Shown here piece after piece: positions 29,012-39,778 of a DNA stretch of 64,000 nucleotides. Position 1 is the stretch's first letter; the number at the start of each line of letters is the position of its first letter. A model generated the notes under the pieces. That model saw nothing but the letters and a program-made list of their open reading frames with translations, was not told the DNA's origin and made no database searches. The position numbers and the translations under genes were made by a program. Source of the DNA: a virus; IMG/VR virus record IMGVR_UViG_3300033388_003553, positions 7,434-71,433 of that record; one strand, 5' to 3'.

Positions 29012-29086
29012 TCCCCCATAGCTCAGAGGCAGAGCACTCGACTTTTAATCGAGGGGTCGTGATATCGTAATTCACTGGGGGGACCA
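29012..29086 (+). tRNA. tRNA-Lys(TTT)
   Basis: CTCGA-CT TTT AA-TCGAG; encoded CCA; atypical T loop. Confidence 0.8.
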
Positions 29087-29179
29087 AATATAACACCATA
29101 AAAAAAATAACCATATTTTTATTTGGTAAACTAATATATATATTTCGTATTTTTGTGTGAAAAATTAAAACAATATATT

Positions 29180-29530
29180 ATGAAGAGTAAAAAAATGATA
29201 GAGCAAATAGCGAAAACAGCTCACGCAATACATAGAGCGTACTGTGTGGAAATGGGTATACCTACACAACCAAAATGGGAAGATGTAGAAAACGAACATA
29301 AAGATGTAATTTATAATTCAATAAGACATATACTTAGTGGAGACGTAAAAAGCGTAGAGGAATCTCACAATAAATTTGTAGAGTCTAAACACAAAAGAGG
29401 ATGGAGATTTGGGGAATATTACAGTCTCGAAAAAAAGTTAAATCCAAGAATGGTTAATTTTAGTAGATTAACAAAAGAGCAAAGAGTTAAAGAAAGATTA
29501 TTTTTTGAATGTGTTAGTAGTTTTAATTAA
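29180..29530 (+). CDS. RyR-domain-like phage protein
   Basis: H..HRAYC...W...SH......K...GW.FG.....K..P.MV.F..L...Q..K. Confidence 0.6.
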   Translation: MKSKKMIEQIAKTAHAIHRAYCVEMGIPTQPKWEDVENEHKDVIYNSIRHILSGDVKSVEESHNKFVESKHKRGWRFGEYYSLEKKLNPRMVNFSRLTKEQRVKERLFFECVSSFN

Positions 29531-30835
29531 TGCTAATGGTAGGGCTATGTGTAGTGTCGATATTAAAAACTACATACTTAAATAAAGAATTATGAAAACT
29601 AATATAGTAGGAACACCAAAAGGAATAGGAAAAGAGGCATTACATATAGCTGATGTTAGCCAACGTATATTGTCTGATTATACTGATTGGTTAAATGAGC
29701 AAGACCTAACAGTAAATAAAATAAAAACACACGGAGGTTTCAGAAAGTGGTTTGGGCTAGGGTGGTTAAATAAAAAAGTAAGCTCAGAAGATTTAGTAAA
29801 AAAGTTTTTATCTGAATATGGTGGCTAACGATTAGTATATGAAATGTGGAGCAAAGCGGAATTTTTTATATACCGTGTTATGCTCTTTTAAATTTAGAAA
29901 CTATGGGATTTTACATAAATGAAGAAATAGAAACAAAACTTCACTACAAAGATATTACACTAATTACTGTTGCTTTTGGTGACTATATTGAAAAATATGG
30001 TGACAAAATGGATGAAGAACAGAAAACAAGAATGAATAAACTTGTTAATAGGCTTGGGAATGAAATGTATGACCATCCCGACAATGATAAACTGAACAGT
30101 CATTAATTGAGCATAACGGTTTGGGTATGTTTAGTGCCGAATTAATAACACAAAACTTTGAATATTATGACAAACTTTGAAATAGAACTATATGACAATT
30201 ATACAAGATGCTCGGCATTAAATATACCTGATGTTAGCACTCGTTTGTATTACCCGATAATGCACTTAGAAACATTTAAATGGGGTGAATTGATTGAAAT
30301 AGACGATAAAAACATATTAGCAAACATTAATGGTGTTGGAAGATTTAAAGATAAGATTGAAAACTTTTGGACTAAAAATGAGTGCTAACGGTTTGGCTAT
30401 GTGCTGAACGAGGAACGAGTATGGCATATAGCTAGTGTTAGGCATAGTAATATTATTAACAGATAAAATATATAAAAATGGGAATGTATACAGAATTTAT
30501 TATAGATGTGAAATTGAAAGACAGTACACCGAAAGATATTGTTGATTGCGTTAATTGTATGATGGGGGATATAGACAATAATTTATTTACCTATGGAAGA
30601 AACCCTTTAATTAATTATTGTGGGAGCGAAACATTTGAGAAGAGTTTTGAAGACCTACACTTAAAAGCACATGGAGAAATAAAGAACTATTGGAGCGACA
30701 TTGAGAGGTTTGTAGATTTCTTAAAACCATATATTGAAATAGGCTTTGTTGAAGAGGGTGCTTTTGCAAAGTCATTATATAAAGAATGTGAAGAGTGGCA
30801 GCTTTATTATGCCTAACTATTATATATCAACCAGT
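29531..30835 (+). mobile_element. Integron-like cassette array 2 (four cassette ORFs: 29592-29828, 29903-30106, 30167-30388, 30478-30816)
   Basis: GTTAGCCA 29655 / TGGCTAAC 29822; GTTATGCTC 29877 / GAGCATAAC 30109; GTTAGCACTC 30233 / GAGTGCTAAC 30380; GTTAGGCATAGTAA 30437 / TTATTATGCCTAAC 30804. Confidence 0.85.
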
Positions 30836-31357
30836 CCAATAAAATCAATAGATGTAGAATGAATTTATACATAATTAGTAAACAAAATCTGTACATTAAT
30901 TTAATTTGGATTAATGGAATAACTTTACTATCTTTGACTTAAATATAAAGAATTATGAAAAAGATAACAATAGAAGTACCAGAAGGTCATGAAGTAATAG
31001 TACAACCAATTAAAAATAAAGAAAAACAATTAGCTACTAGTTGGGAAGAATACAAAGGCCAGTTGGGGGAAGGTATTTTTGTTGGTGCACTACCTGATTA
31101 TTACCTATCATTAAGAAAACTAGAGCTATTAGTTGAACATTATAATGATGGTTGGAAGCCTGATTATACTGATGACAATTATAAGTATCAATTATACTTT
31201 TATAAAGAAAAACCGACCACCGCAACATTCCAGGGGACGCGGGAAGTCTTAACCTTTAGAACAGGAGAACTAAGAGCTAAATTCTTAGAAAACTTCAAGG
31301 ATTTAATAGAAGAAGCTAAGCCTTTATTATAGAATACTAACAATTAAAGCTAAACAA

Positions 31358-32098
31358 ATGGAAGCGAATAAGAAAAGAATGCAAGTACATATGCTACCTA
31401 CTAAAGGAGTAAGTAGACTTGCTGCAGGAAAATCAACAGGTGAATTACGTTATCTTAGTGTAGGGATGAAGAGTAAATCAACCTTTGATGCCCAACACCT
31501 ATACTACACAAGTGATGATGAGATTAAAGAAGGTGATTGGTGTATTATTAACGCACCAACAACATTACATCATAACAACCCACAGAAATGTATAAAAGTA
31601 GATTGGGTATGGGATGGTAAGAAGCGCAATCCTAGGTATCATTTTGATAAGGTCACAAAGACTACATCAGGATTAGCAACTACATTTAAGCCAAGAAAAA
31701 TAGAAGTCTCAACAGACCCTGAACTTACTATAGAAACCTCCTGCACAGGTGTAACTGATGGAGGCAGAACTAGAACTTTTTATGAAAAGAAAAGATTACC
31801 ACAACCATCACAAGCAACCATTGAAGCTTATTGTAAGAATCCTTTTGATGAGTGTGATGTTGAAATGATAGAAATAATAAAAGGTAAGAAACCTTTTGAT
31901 ATACATCAAGGGTGGAGTATTAAAGTAGACCCAAACCACAACACAGTGACCACTCTTAAAGTAGTTGAGAAAACTTATAGTAAGGAGGATATGCACAGAC
32001 ACGCAAAAGATTTTGCATGCTGGTATTCAGGGATGCATTCAGACAAAGTATATGCTGCATATAGAAGATGGCTTAAAGAGGGAATTAATAATTTATAA
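31358..32098 (+). CDS. Hypothetical phage protein, paralogue of 10021-10698
   Basis: HMLPT...QHLYYTSDDEIKEGDW. Confidence 0.65.
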   Translation: MEANKKRMQVHMLPTKGVSRLAAGKSTGELRYLSVGMKSKSTFDAQHLYYTSDDEIKEGDWCIINAPTTLHHNNPQKCIKVDWVWDGKKRNPRYHFDKVTKTTSGLATTFKPRKIEVSTDPELTIETSCTGVTDGGRTRTFYEKKRLPQPSQATIEAYCKNPFDECDVEMIEIIKGKKPFDIHQGWSIKVDPNHNTVTTLKVVEKTYSKEDMHRHAKDFACWYSGMHSDKVYAAYRRWLKEGINNL

Positions 32099-32625
32099 AC
32101 ATTATGGAAATTATATTAAGACTTTTAGGGTTTTGTACTTTTGTATCTTTTACTAATATGCTAGGGTTATATCCTGCTATTGAAGATTCTAAAAAATGGG
32201 TAGAAGAAGCACACATAATACAGAAAATAGTAGCTATTGTTTACGTAATAGTAATTTCATTAGGTTATTTAAATTTAATAGGTTATATAATGTATCTATT
32301 TCTAACGTTTTAACTAAAAACGATACACTTAAATAATGGAGATGGGGTGAAACTCTCTATTAAAACACACTTGGAAAATGTGGATAAGTTTGTTATATAC
32401 TGTTTAATTGGTTCATAGGTAGGATTAAATGCTGATGATTGATTAAAACAAAGATTAACGTTTAAATTGTATATAACGTGAATAAATAAAAGAATTACTC
32501 TAGTGGTTAAGTCAATGAAAGACCTCAGTATAAATACTGGGAATGTGTGAATGAAAGGTAGCACACCACTAGATTAAGTAAAGGTTAAACCTATGTCCTT
32601 GTGGTTAATATAAAATAAAAATAGT

Positions 32626-33012
32626 ATGGGAGAAATTTGGAAAGATATTAAAGGTTGGGAAGGATTTTATCAAATAAGTAATTTTGGAAATGTTAAGTCA
32701 TTAAAAAGAAAATCTTCTATAGGTAGACTATTAAAAGAAAGGTTATTAAAACCAACCCCTGATACTAAAGGGTACTTAAGAGTAGCTTTTCATATAAAAA
32801 GTAAAGCTACACATTACTCAGTACACAGGCTTGTAGGTCTAATGTTTCTAGAAAATCCTTTAAATAAAGAACAAATAAACCATAAAGATGGGAACAAAGA
32901 AAACAATAATGTTTCTAACCTTGAATGGTGTACAAATAAAGAAAATTCAGACCATGCTTACAATACAGGATTAAAAGATAGAATGATAGTATTAAAAAGA
33001 TGGAATAAATAA
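32626..33012 (+). CDS. NUMOD4-HNH homing endonuclease
   Basis: EIWKDIKGWEGFYQISNFGNVKS; VHRLV...INHKDGNKENNNVSNLEW. Confidence 0.9.
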   Translation: MGEIWKDIKGWEGFYQISNFGNVKSLKRKSSIGRLLKERLLKPTPDTKGYLRVAFHIKSKATHYSVHRLVGLMFLENPLNKEQINHKDGNKENNNVSNLEWCTNKENSDHAYNTGLKDRMIVLKRWNK

Positions 33013-33924
33013 AACCATTTATAGTAGTTCTTATGTTCAAGATAGATTGAATGTGTTCAAGAGTATCACAGCTACTATAGATGGTGCTAATTAAAAAATA
33101 ACTAGAAAAATAAAACTCTTTGCTTGAAGAAGATAAACAGTAATATAAGCGGACTATAGTAACGCACATTGTAGACTAGGTGGCAGGTATTTAGTGAGTT
33201 CTACTAAGCTAAATTTATATTACAAACTACATTTCAGAGTAGTTGTTGTTTATTAGTATCAGATGGAAGTAGTATTGTTATGGTGAATTAACACCCGATA
33301 GAGGCGATATATTCCAAGCAGGATAATATATCAATACGAAAACATTCCACATAAAACTGAATGGTGTGGAGCAAATGAGTTTTTAATTTAAAATAAATAT
33401 TTATTATGTTAAACATATTACCAACAAATAGAAAATCTACTCTTTTAAAAAGAGGGATAAAAAATTTAAACTTAACAAAACCAGGAGAACTTTTTGTATT
33501 TAAATGTATATTAAATCATCATTTAAGAGACTACATAATTAATGAAATTGAAAAGATTAAGTTAGAAAGTGGGTTAATTAGAGTTGTAATGAGAACTTCA
33601 AAAGCTAGTAATAATTTCAGTGTTTCTGACATAGATAGCAAAGGCTGGAGCAAAAGTATGACTCAATATGAAAAAGAATCTTATGTAAGAAAAGACATAG
33701 AGCATAAAACAGCTTATAGGTAGTGGAGCAAAGAGTTTTTAAAATACAAAGTAATTATGGAAATATTAATAGGAATATGTGTCTTGATTGGGTTTATGTA
33801 TGTTATGGGTTATGCATTCCAAAAAGACTTAAAAGATATGGAAAAAACACACCCTAAATTTAGAAAGCATTTAAAAGATAAGTACGACTTGTAAATGCTT
33901 TAATTGGAGTAAATGAGTTTTCAA

Positions 33925-34045
33925 AGGGAGTTGGCGGAAAGGGAGACGCTAGTAGGTTTTATAGAGTAACTGGATTATTACATTAAGTTGGAAAGTTAAG
34001 AAGATTTAAACGTTGCTCATACAGGTTCGAGTCCTGTACTCTCTA
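33925..34045 (+). ncRNA. tRNA-like RNA with an insertion replacing the anticodon arm
   Basis: AGGGAGT/ACTCTCT-A; D-like GGCGGAAAGGGAGACGC; ACAGG-TTCGAGT-CCTGT. Confidence 0.5.
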
Positions 34046-34108
34046 CTAATATTAAATAATAAACAAAACTTATTTGGTCAGGTAAATTATATTAATTATA
34101 TTTGTTTT

Positions 34109-34873
34109 ATGAATAATGAACTAATAAATAAATTATTTGAGTTGTCTAAAAAACACTCAAGTCAGTTGAATTTAATCAAACAATATTATGAATTATCACT
34201 GGTTAAAAGAAAATCATTAAAATCTAAATACAGTGAGGTTATTGGTTACAAACTTTTTGATAATCTTATTCGTCCATGTATTAGTGAATTAATCTCAAAT
34301 AATAATTTACAATATAATAATAGTCGTATACCTCAAACAAAAAATCTTAAAGGGTTTAGATATAATGTAAATCATTACTATCGATTACCTCTAAATTCTA
34401 ATACTACTATTGTTCAATTCAAATTCATGTACCCGAATATAATACTTAATTTATACGATAGTAATCTTATTAAATTTAATAATGAATCTTATGGTAGTGT
34501 GGTTACTGAATTAATTAGAAACATACCTAAGATTAAAGATATGGTATCTAAAGAAATTATTTATACTTCTATAGAAGGTTATTTATTTGATAGGTTTAAA
34601 TCAAATAAAGTTTGGTATTTAACTAAAATATTAGTTAATTCACTATATAGTGAATTAAAAAATACTTCTACCTCTACATTTAACATCACAAACCTTGAGT
34701 TAGTACCAAGATATTGTGATAATGTATTTGAAGAATTGATTAAAGAGTTAGGGGGTAGCATTCAAGTTATTGATATTAATAGAATTTATATTTCTGATTA
34801 CGATAATATTGATATTAAATTACATAATATTTTGGATAAACTTGATTTACCATATGAAATTGTTTTAAAATAA
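34109..34873 (+). CDS. Hypothetical protein with degenerate family-B polymerase-like motifs
   Basis: FKFMYPNII and KILVNSLYS. Confidence 0.4.
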   Translation: MNNELINKLFELSKKHSSQLNLIKQYYELSLVKRKSLKSKYSEVIGYKLFDNLIRPCISELISNNNLQYNNSRIPQTKNLKGFRYNVNHYYRLPLNSNTTIVQFKFMYPNIILNLYDSNLIKFNNESYGSVVTELIRNIPKIKDMVSKEIIYTSIEGYLFDRFKSNKVWYLTKILVNSLYSELKNTSTSTFNITNLELVPRYCDNVFEELIKELGGSIQVIDINRIYISDYDNIDIKLHNILDKLDLPYEIVLK

Positions 34874-35898
34874 TGCTTAATAAATTAGGAATAAAGTATT
34901 TAATTTTGTATTTTTGTTATACACAATAAAGGGATTAATATATAAGATAAAACAAATATGGGTTTAACAGGTAAAATTAACACACAATTTTATAATTGGT
35001 ATTACACACAATACAAAAGATATAAGTTTCATAAATTTATGTGTGAAAATGATGAGGAATCATTAGATGCTAAGATATTTAAAAACAGAATGAAATTATC
35101 ATTTTTAACAAAATCAATATCTGAACAATGGGGTATTTTACAAGATTTTGCTGACCATATAAATTTTGAAATTAGTGTAGATAGAGATACTGATGAAGAT
35201 TTGAACCCTATTAACACATTTTCATGGGTAGTTTATGATATTTTATCTAATAATAATTTTAATGGTGGTGGTCTTACAGAAACTAGGGATGAAGCTAGGG
35301 TTGAATGCATAAAGGCTTTTAATATTGAAGTAAATAAGATACTAATATAAATGATTATAATATGGATTATAGAACGATAACACGCGAACAATTAATTGAT
35401 GAATTGATTGATATTAAGGGAGAGTTAGAAATTTACGAAAATAGATTATCAAACGCAGAATCTGAAGCTACCTACTGGGAAAATAAGTATGATGAAATGG
35501 AAACTAAATATGATGATGCTGAAGAAGAATTTGAAACTAATTGTGATGCTGTAGCAGAACTTGATTGTATTAATGAAATTTTCGGTAGTAACAATTTATA
35601 CATTAGTACTTTATCATTGTATGAGCGTATGAAGTTGGAAACATTATTTGAAATTTACCACAAATCATCTTTAGATGAATTAAATGAAATTAATAAAAAC
35701 AAATAAAAAATGAAAAAACACATTAATTACCCAAAGATTGTTCAATTCAGAAATATAGTGTGAGTATCGTGATGCGGTTGAAAGAGAAGCTAAGTACCAA
35801 AAAAGGCTTGAGAAAAAAAAAGCAAGACTTAATAAGAATAATGAGTCTTAAAGGTATATTTTATCATTTTTATGAATATTTATTATTAAAACGATAGT

Positions 35899-37053
35899 AT
35901 GTCTATAAAAAATTTATTAAACGAATCATTAGTTAGTATTTACAATGTAAGTCTAATAAATGAAGTTGATTGGGACGATAAGTTCTCTGACACTAAAGCT
36001 TCTTGTGTTACACCAGATACGTTAGCTAAAGAAATGAATGCGGAGTTATCTAGAATTAACACCCCAGCAAAGAGTAGGGAAAAACGTGGTGTAGGTAAGG
36101 TAATACACACAAGGGGTAATATCGAAAAATCAATGACTAATGGTGAGTTGGATGTTGAGAAATTCAAAAAGTTAATAACAACTAAACCCAAGACAATTTT
36201 TGACCAGAACCCAAAGATGGAAAAAACAGATGGTGGTGGTGCACAAATTACAGTAAATACTGGACTACCAGCAATACTAGGTATCATTTATGACGAGAAA
36301 AAAGATGAGTTTTTTAAAATTAATACTTGCCCAGGTGCTGGTTCTTGTAAATTAGTTTGTTATGCTAGAAAAGGTTTTTACGGAATGAATGATGGTAAAT
36401 CGATGAAACTAATTCAAAGACTTAATCTATTAATGAACAATCCAGATGAGTATTACCATATGATTATGGATGAGTTGGAACCCGCAGCTGTATTAGCCAA
36501 AAGAAAGGGTAGGAGAGAAGGTCACCCAATTCAATTAGTTATTAGGTGGAATGATGCTGGTGATTTCTTTTCAGATACGTACTATAATATAGCTCAAAAA
36601 GTCACAGCCGATTTGTTAGCTGATGGATATAACGTTAAGTCATATGCATACACTAAACAAGGTAAATATATGGATTTAACTAATAGTGATTTTATTATGA
36701 ATTTCTCAAGGGGTGCTAACAAAAGAGAAATGGATAAAGTAGATATTGATAAGGTCAAACAATCGGTTATTGTCCCTAGAGAAGCATTTTCTGATATTTT
36801 TATTAAGAAAGGACCACATTATGAAAAAGACGAAAAAGGACTACCTAAATTTGTTGAAGGTGGGGCAGATGAACTTAAAAGAAGATTATCAAAAGAATAT
36901 AAGATTCCTTTGGAAACACTAAAATATTTAAATGAGTTACCACCACAACAAGTGGACCCATTAAGTATTAATGCAATAGTTCTACCAAGTGGTGATGGTG
37001 ATATAGCAGCACAGAGGGAAGATGTTAAAATCACATTTTTATTAATACATTAA
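35899..37053 (+). CDS. GP88-like (radical-SAM-related) protein
   Basis: TCPGAGSCKLVCYA; RWNDAGDF; YAYTK. Confidence 0.65.
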   Translation: MSIKNLLNESLVSIYNVSLINEVDWDDKFSDTKASCVTPDTLAKEMNAELSRINTPAKSREKRGVGKVIHTRGNIEKSMTNGELDVEKFKKLITTKPKTIFDQNPKMEKTDGGGAQITVNTGLPAILGIIYDEKKDEFFKINTCPGAGSCKLVCYARKGFYGMNDGKSMKLIQRLNLLMNNPDEYYHMIMDELEPAAVLAKRKGRREGHPIQLVIRWNDAGDFFSDTYYNIAQKVTADLLADGYNVKSYAYTKQGKYMDLTNSDFIMNFSRGANKREMDKVDIDKVKQSVIVPREAFSDIFIKKGPHYEKDEKGLPKFVEGGADELKRRLSKEYKIPLETLKYLNELPPQQVDPLSINAIVLPSGDGDIAAQREDVKITFLLIH

Positions 37054-37834
37054 TAAAAAAGATTATAATCTTTTTTATTGTAAGTTAAAAAAAAAAGTAT
37101 ATCTTTGTGATATGAAAAATATCATAATAGTAGATGTGGACACTGAAAGAACACCAGCAGTCCAAATAGGAAAGATGGAGGGTAGTGAACTACCTAAAAA
37201 CCATGAAGAAGCAAAAGACGTTATAATTAGAGATATGGCATGTCTAACAGAAGCCCTATGTACACTAATTAATGCTGCTGACCAAAGTAATATTAAGACC
37301 ATAGAAGAATCATTACAAGATGTTAAAACACATCTTGAACGTGGTACGAGTGATGGTGAAATTAAAACGGTTACCCCTGTTGATAATGTAAACAAATAAA
37401 GTGTTATGTATTATAATATAGTATCACTTAGAAATCGTTGGGCACATTCTGGAATATTAAAGGGACTACAGACAATCAAACAAGAGGTTGAATTATCTAG
37501 ATATTTAGAATCAGCTTCTAATACATTATTGGAATTAGACAATGAATATGGGTTACCAGAAAAAACACCTGACCTAGTTATTTTATCTATTGTTAGATTA
37601 TATAAAATGGTTTTTGATACTGAATTCTCACATGATAGTAATTTAACCCGAATAATGTCTAATAACCTTAGAATGGATGAACATAAAATTAACGTTCAAG
37701 ATGTTATAGATATAACTATGAATAATGATATGATAAATATAACCCATGGTGACTATATTATGCAAGAACAGTTGGAGTTTGAAATTAGGACAGATATAGT
37801 ATTAGAGTATTTAAAAAAAAATAATTAATAAGGT

Positions 37835-38395
37835 ATGAAAATAGGTGATAAGTTTAAAGAAGTAATTAACGAATCAGTAGGTTATAAATACGGTTGTGTA
37901 ATGTTGTATTTAGAAACACCAAAAAGTTGGTGGGATAAGAGGTTAGATGTAATTGATGATGAAGATGTATATACCCCAGAAGGTGAAAGGGGTTATGGTA
38001 AACAACCCGCATCTAAATCACACGTAACAATTATATATGGTCTACATTCAGACATTACAGATGAAGAAATTGAGTTATTAATTGATAATATGGTGGCTCC
38101 AGAAGTTATATTAAAGAACATCACTATATTTGATAATGCTGATAAGGGTTTTGATGTTGTTAAGTTTGATGTTGAAGGTAAGGAATTATTTGATATGAAT
38201 AAAGTATTCGCTGAGAAACCACATACGACAGATTATCCAGATTATTCCCCACACTGTACTTTGGCTTATGTTAAGGCTGGTACTGGTAAGAAATATACTC
38301 AAACCCTATCTGATGAAGACAGTTTAACTTTAAAACCAACGAAAGTGGTTTACTCAAAGGCAAACGGAGACAAAAAAGAGTATAAGTTTAAGTAA
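37835..38395 (+). CDS. Acb1/T4 57B-like 2H phosphoesterase (candidate anti-CBASS)
   Basis: HVTIIYGLH and YPDYSPHCTLAY. Confidence 0.65.
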   Translation: MKIGDKFKEVINESVGYKYGCVMLYLETPKSWWDKRLDVIDDEDVYTPEGERGYGKQPASKSHVTIIYGLHSDITDEEIELLIDNMVAPEVILKNITIFDNADKGFDVVKFDVEGKELFDMNKVFAEKPHTTDYPDYSPHCTLAYVKAGTGKKYTQTLSDEDSLTLKPTKVVYSKANGDKKEYKFK

Positions 38396-38444
38396 TTATC
38401 TCGTTTTACCTACAACTAATAAATTGTGGTAATATTTATATAAT

Positions 38445-39206
38445 ATGGAATTGAACATTATATTATTATCATTATTACCTGCAATTATTTATATTATGTT
38501 GCTTTATGGAACCGTACCCTACAATAAAATTAACCTAGGGACTGCATTTATTCATTTAATTATTGGGTTTTTATCAGTTGCGTTATTAAAGTTAATTTGG
38601 TTGGTTTTCCCTAGTGTCACACATTTTGCTAGTAGTATGATTTCCGAAAGTAGAGACCAACTAAAATATTTTCATTACTTATATTTTGGTCAAGTAGCCT
38701 TTATGGAAGAAATATCTAAACTAATAATATTCTTAATAATTAGTCTATATAGAGTAAAGAAAAAAAAGGTAATTGACCACCCAATAGCAACAATGTTTTA
38801 TATGGGTATGGTGTCATTAGGTTTTGCTGTTATAGAAAACATCAATTATGGTCAAAATTACGGGGAATCGGTGTTATATTGGAGAGCAATAACCTCAGTA
38901 ATTGGACATATGGTTTTTGGGTTATTTGGTGGATATTGGATAGCATTAGGTAGAACTAGTGGTAGTTTATACGATAGGAATTTATTTAATTTACTTATTA
39001 ATAATAATAATAAAGTTAGGTTATTTTTATTCACAATAATTGGGTTATTAGCATCAACACTACTACATGGTATTTATAACTTACATTTACAACTTAATGC
39101 TAGGGGTGGTATATCTGGGGTTTATATATTATTATTATTTTCAGTTATACGTGTTTATTGGTGTTTTAATAATTTAATGAAAAACCACAAAAAACAAATA
39201 AAATAA
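38445..39206 (+). CDS. PrsW-family intramembrane protease
   Basis: EEISK, GFAVIENINY, GHMVF, HGIYN; multiple transmembrane segments. Confidence 0.8.
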   Translation: MELNIILLSLLPAIIYIMLLYGTVPYNKINLGTAFIHLIIGFLSVALLKLIWLVFPSVTHFASSMISESRDQLKYFHYLYFGQVAFMEEISKLIIFLIISLYRVKKKKVIDHPIATMFYMGMVSLGFAVIENINYGQNYGESVLYWRAITSVIGHMVFGLFGGYWIALGRTSGSLYDRNLFNLLINNNNKVRLFLFTIIGLLASTLLHGIYNLHLQLNARGGISGVYILLLFSVIRVYWCFNNLMKNHKKQIK

Positions 39207-39292
39207 TTCATATGAATTATTTGTATTTTTGTTGTACATATTAAATTTATTTTGTAAGTTTGTGATAAATAAATATATAAAATAAACTTAAT

Positions 39293-39778
39293 ATGGGTGA
39301 ATTCAAAACAATAATATTTACAGTGATAATTACTTGGGGTATCATTAGATTATATGATACTTTATCTATTATAGTACTTAATATTTGGAAAATGCGTAAG
39401 CTAAAAAATGATAAGATTAAAAAAGTTTTTCTTATTGATATTGACGGTACGGTATCAGATGACATTAAAAACGAAGACTCACACTTATATGCTGATGCAC
39501 ACGCTTATATTGATGCTAGAAGAGTGTTGAATAGGTGGTATGATTGTGGTCACACAATAACTTTTTTTACAGCTAGAGAATCTAAAGACAGAAAAGTCAC
39601 TGAAATGTGGTTAAATAAGAATGGCTTTAAGTACCATAGTCTATTAATGGACAAACCTAGAATAAAAGATGGTGAAGTTTATCACTGGATAGATAACAGA
39701 CCAACTAAAGCCACTACGTATAAAGGTACTTGGTCCGATTTAACTAGGGTAGAATCAGAAATAGAAGTATTTGTATAA
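39293..39778 (+). CDS. HAD-family phosphatase
   Basis: IDIDGT...FTAR...KP...WIDN. Confidence 0.75.
   Translation: MGEFKTIIFTVIITWGIIRLYDTLSIIVLNIWKMRKLKNDKIKKVFLIDIDGTVSDDIKNEDSHLYADAHAYIDARRVLNRWYDCGHTITFFTARESKDRKVTEMWLNKNGFKYHSLLMDKPRIKDGEVYHWIDNRPTKATTYKGTWSDLTRVESEIEVFV

Noticed and set aside
34109-34873. Active family-B DNA polymerase
   Set aside because: Too short, and the catalytic aspartates of motifs A and C are not evident
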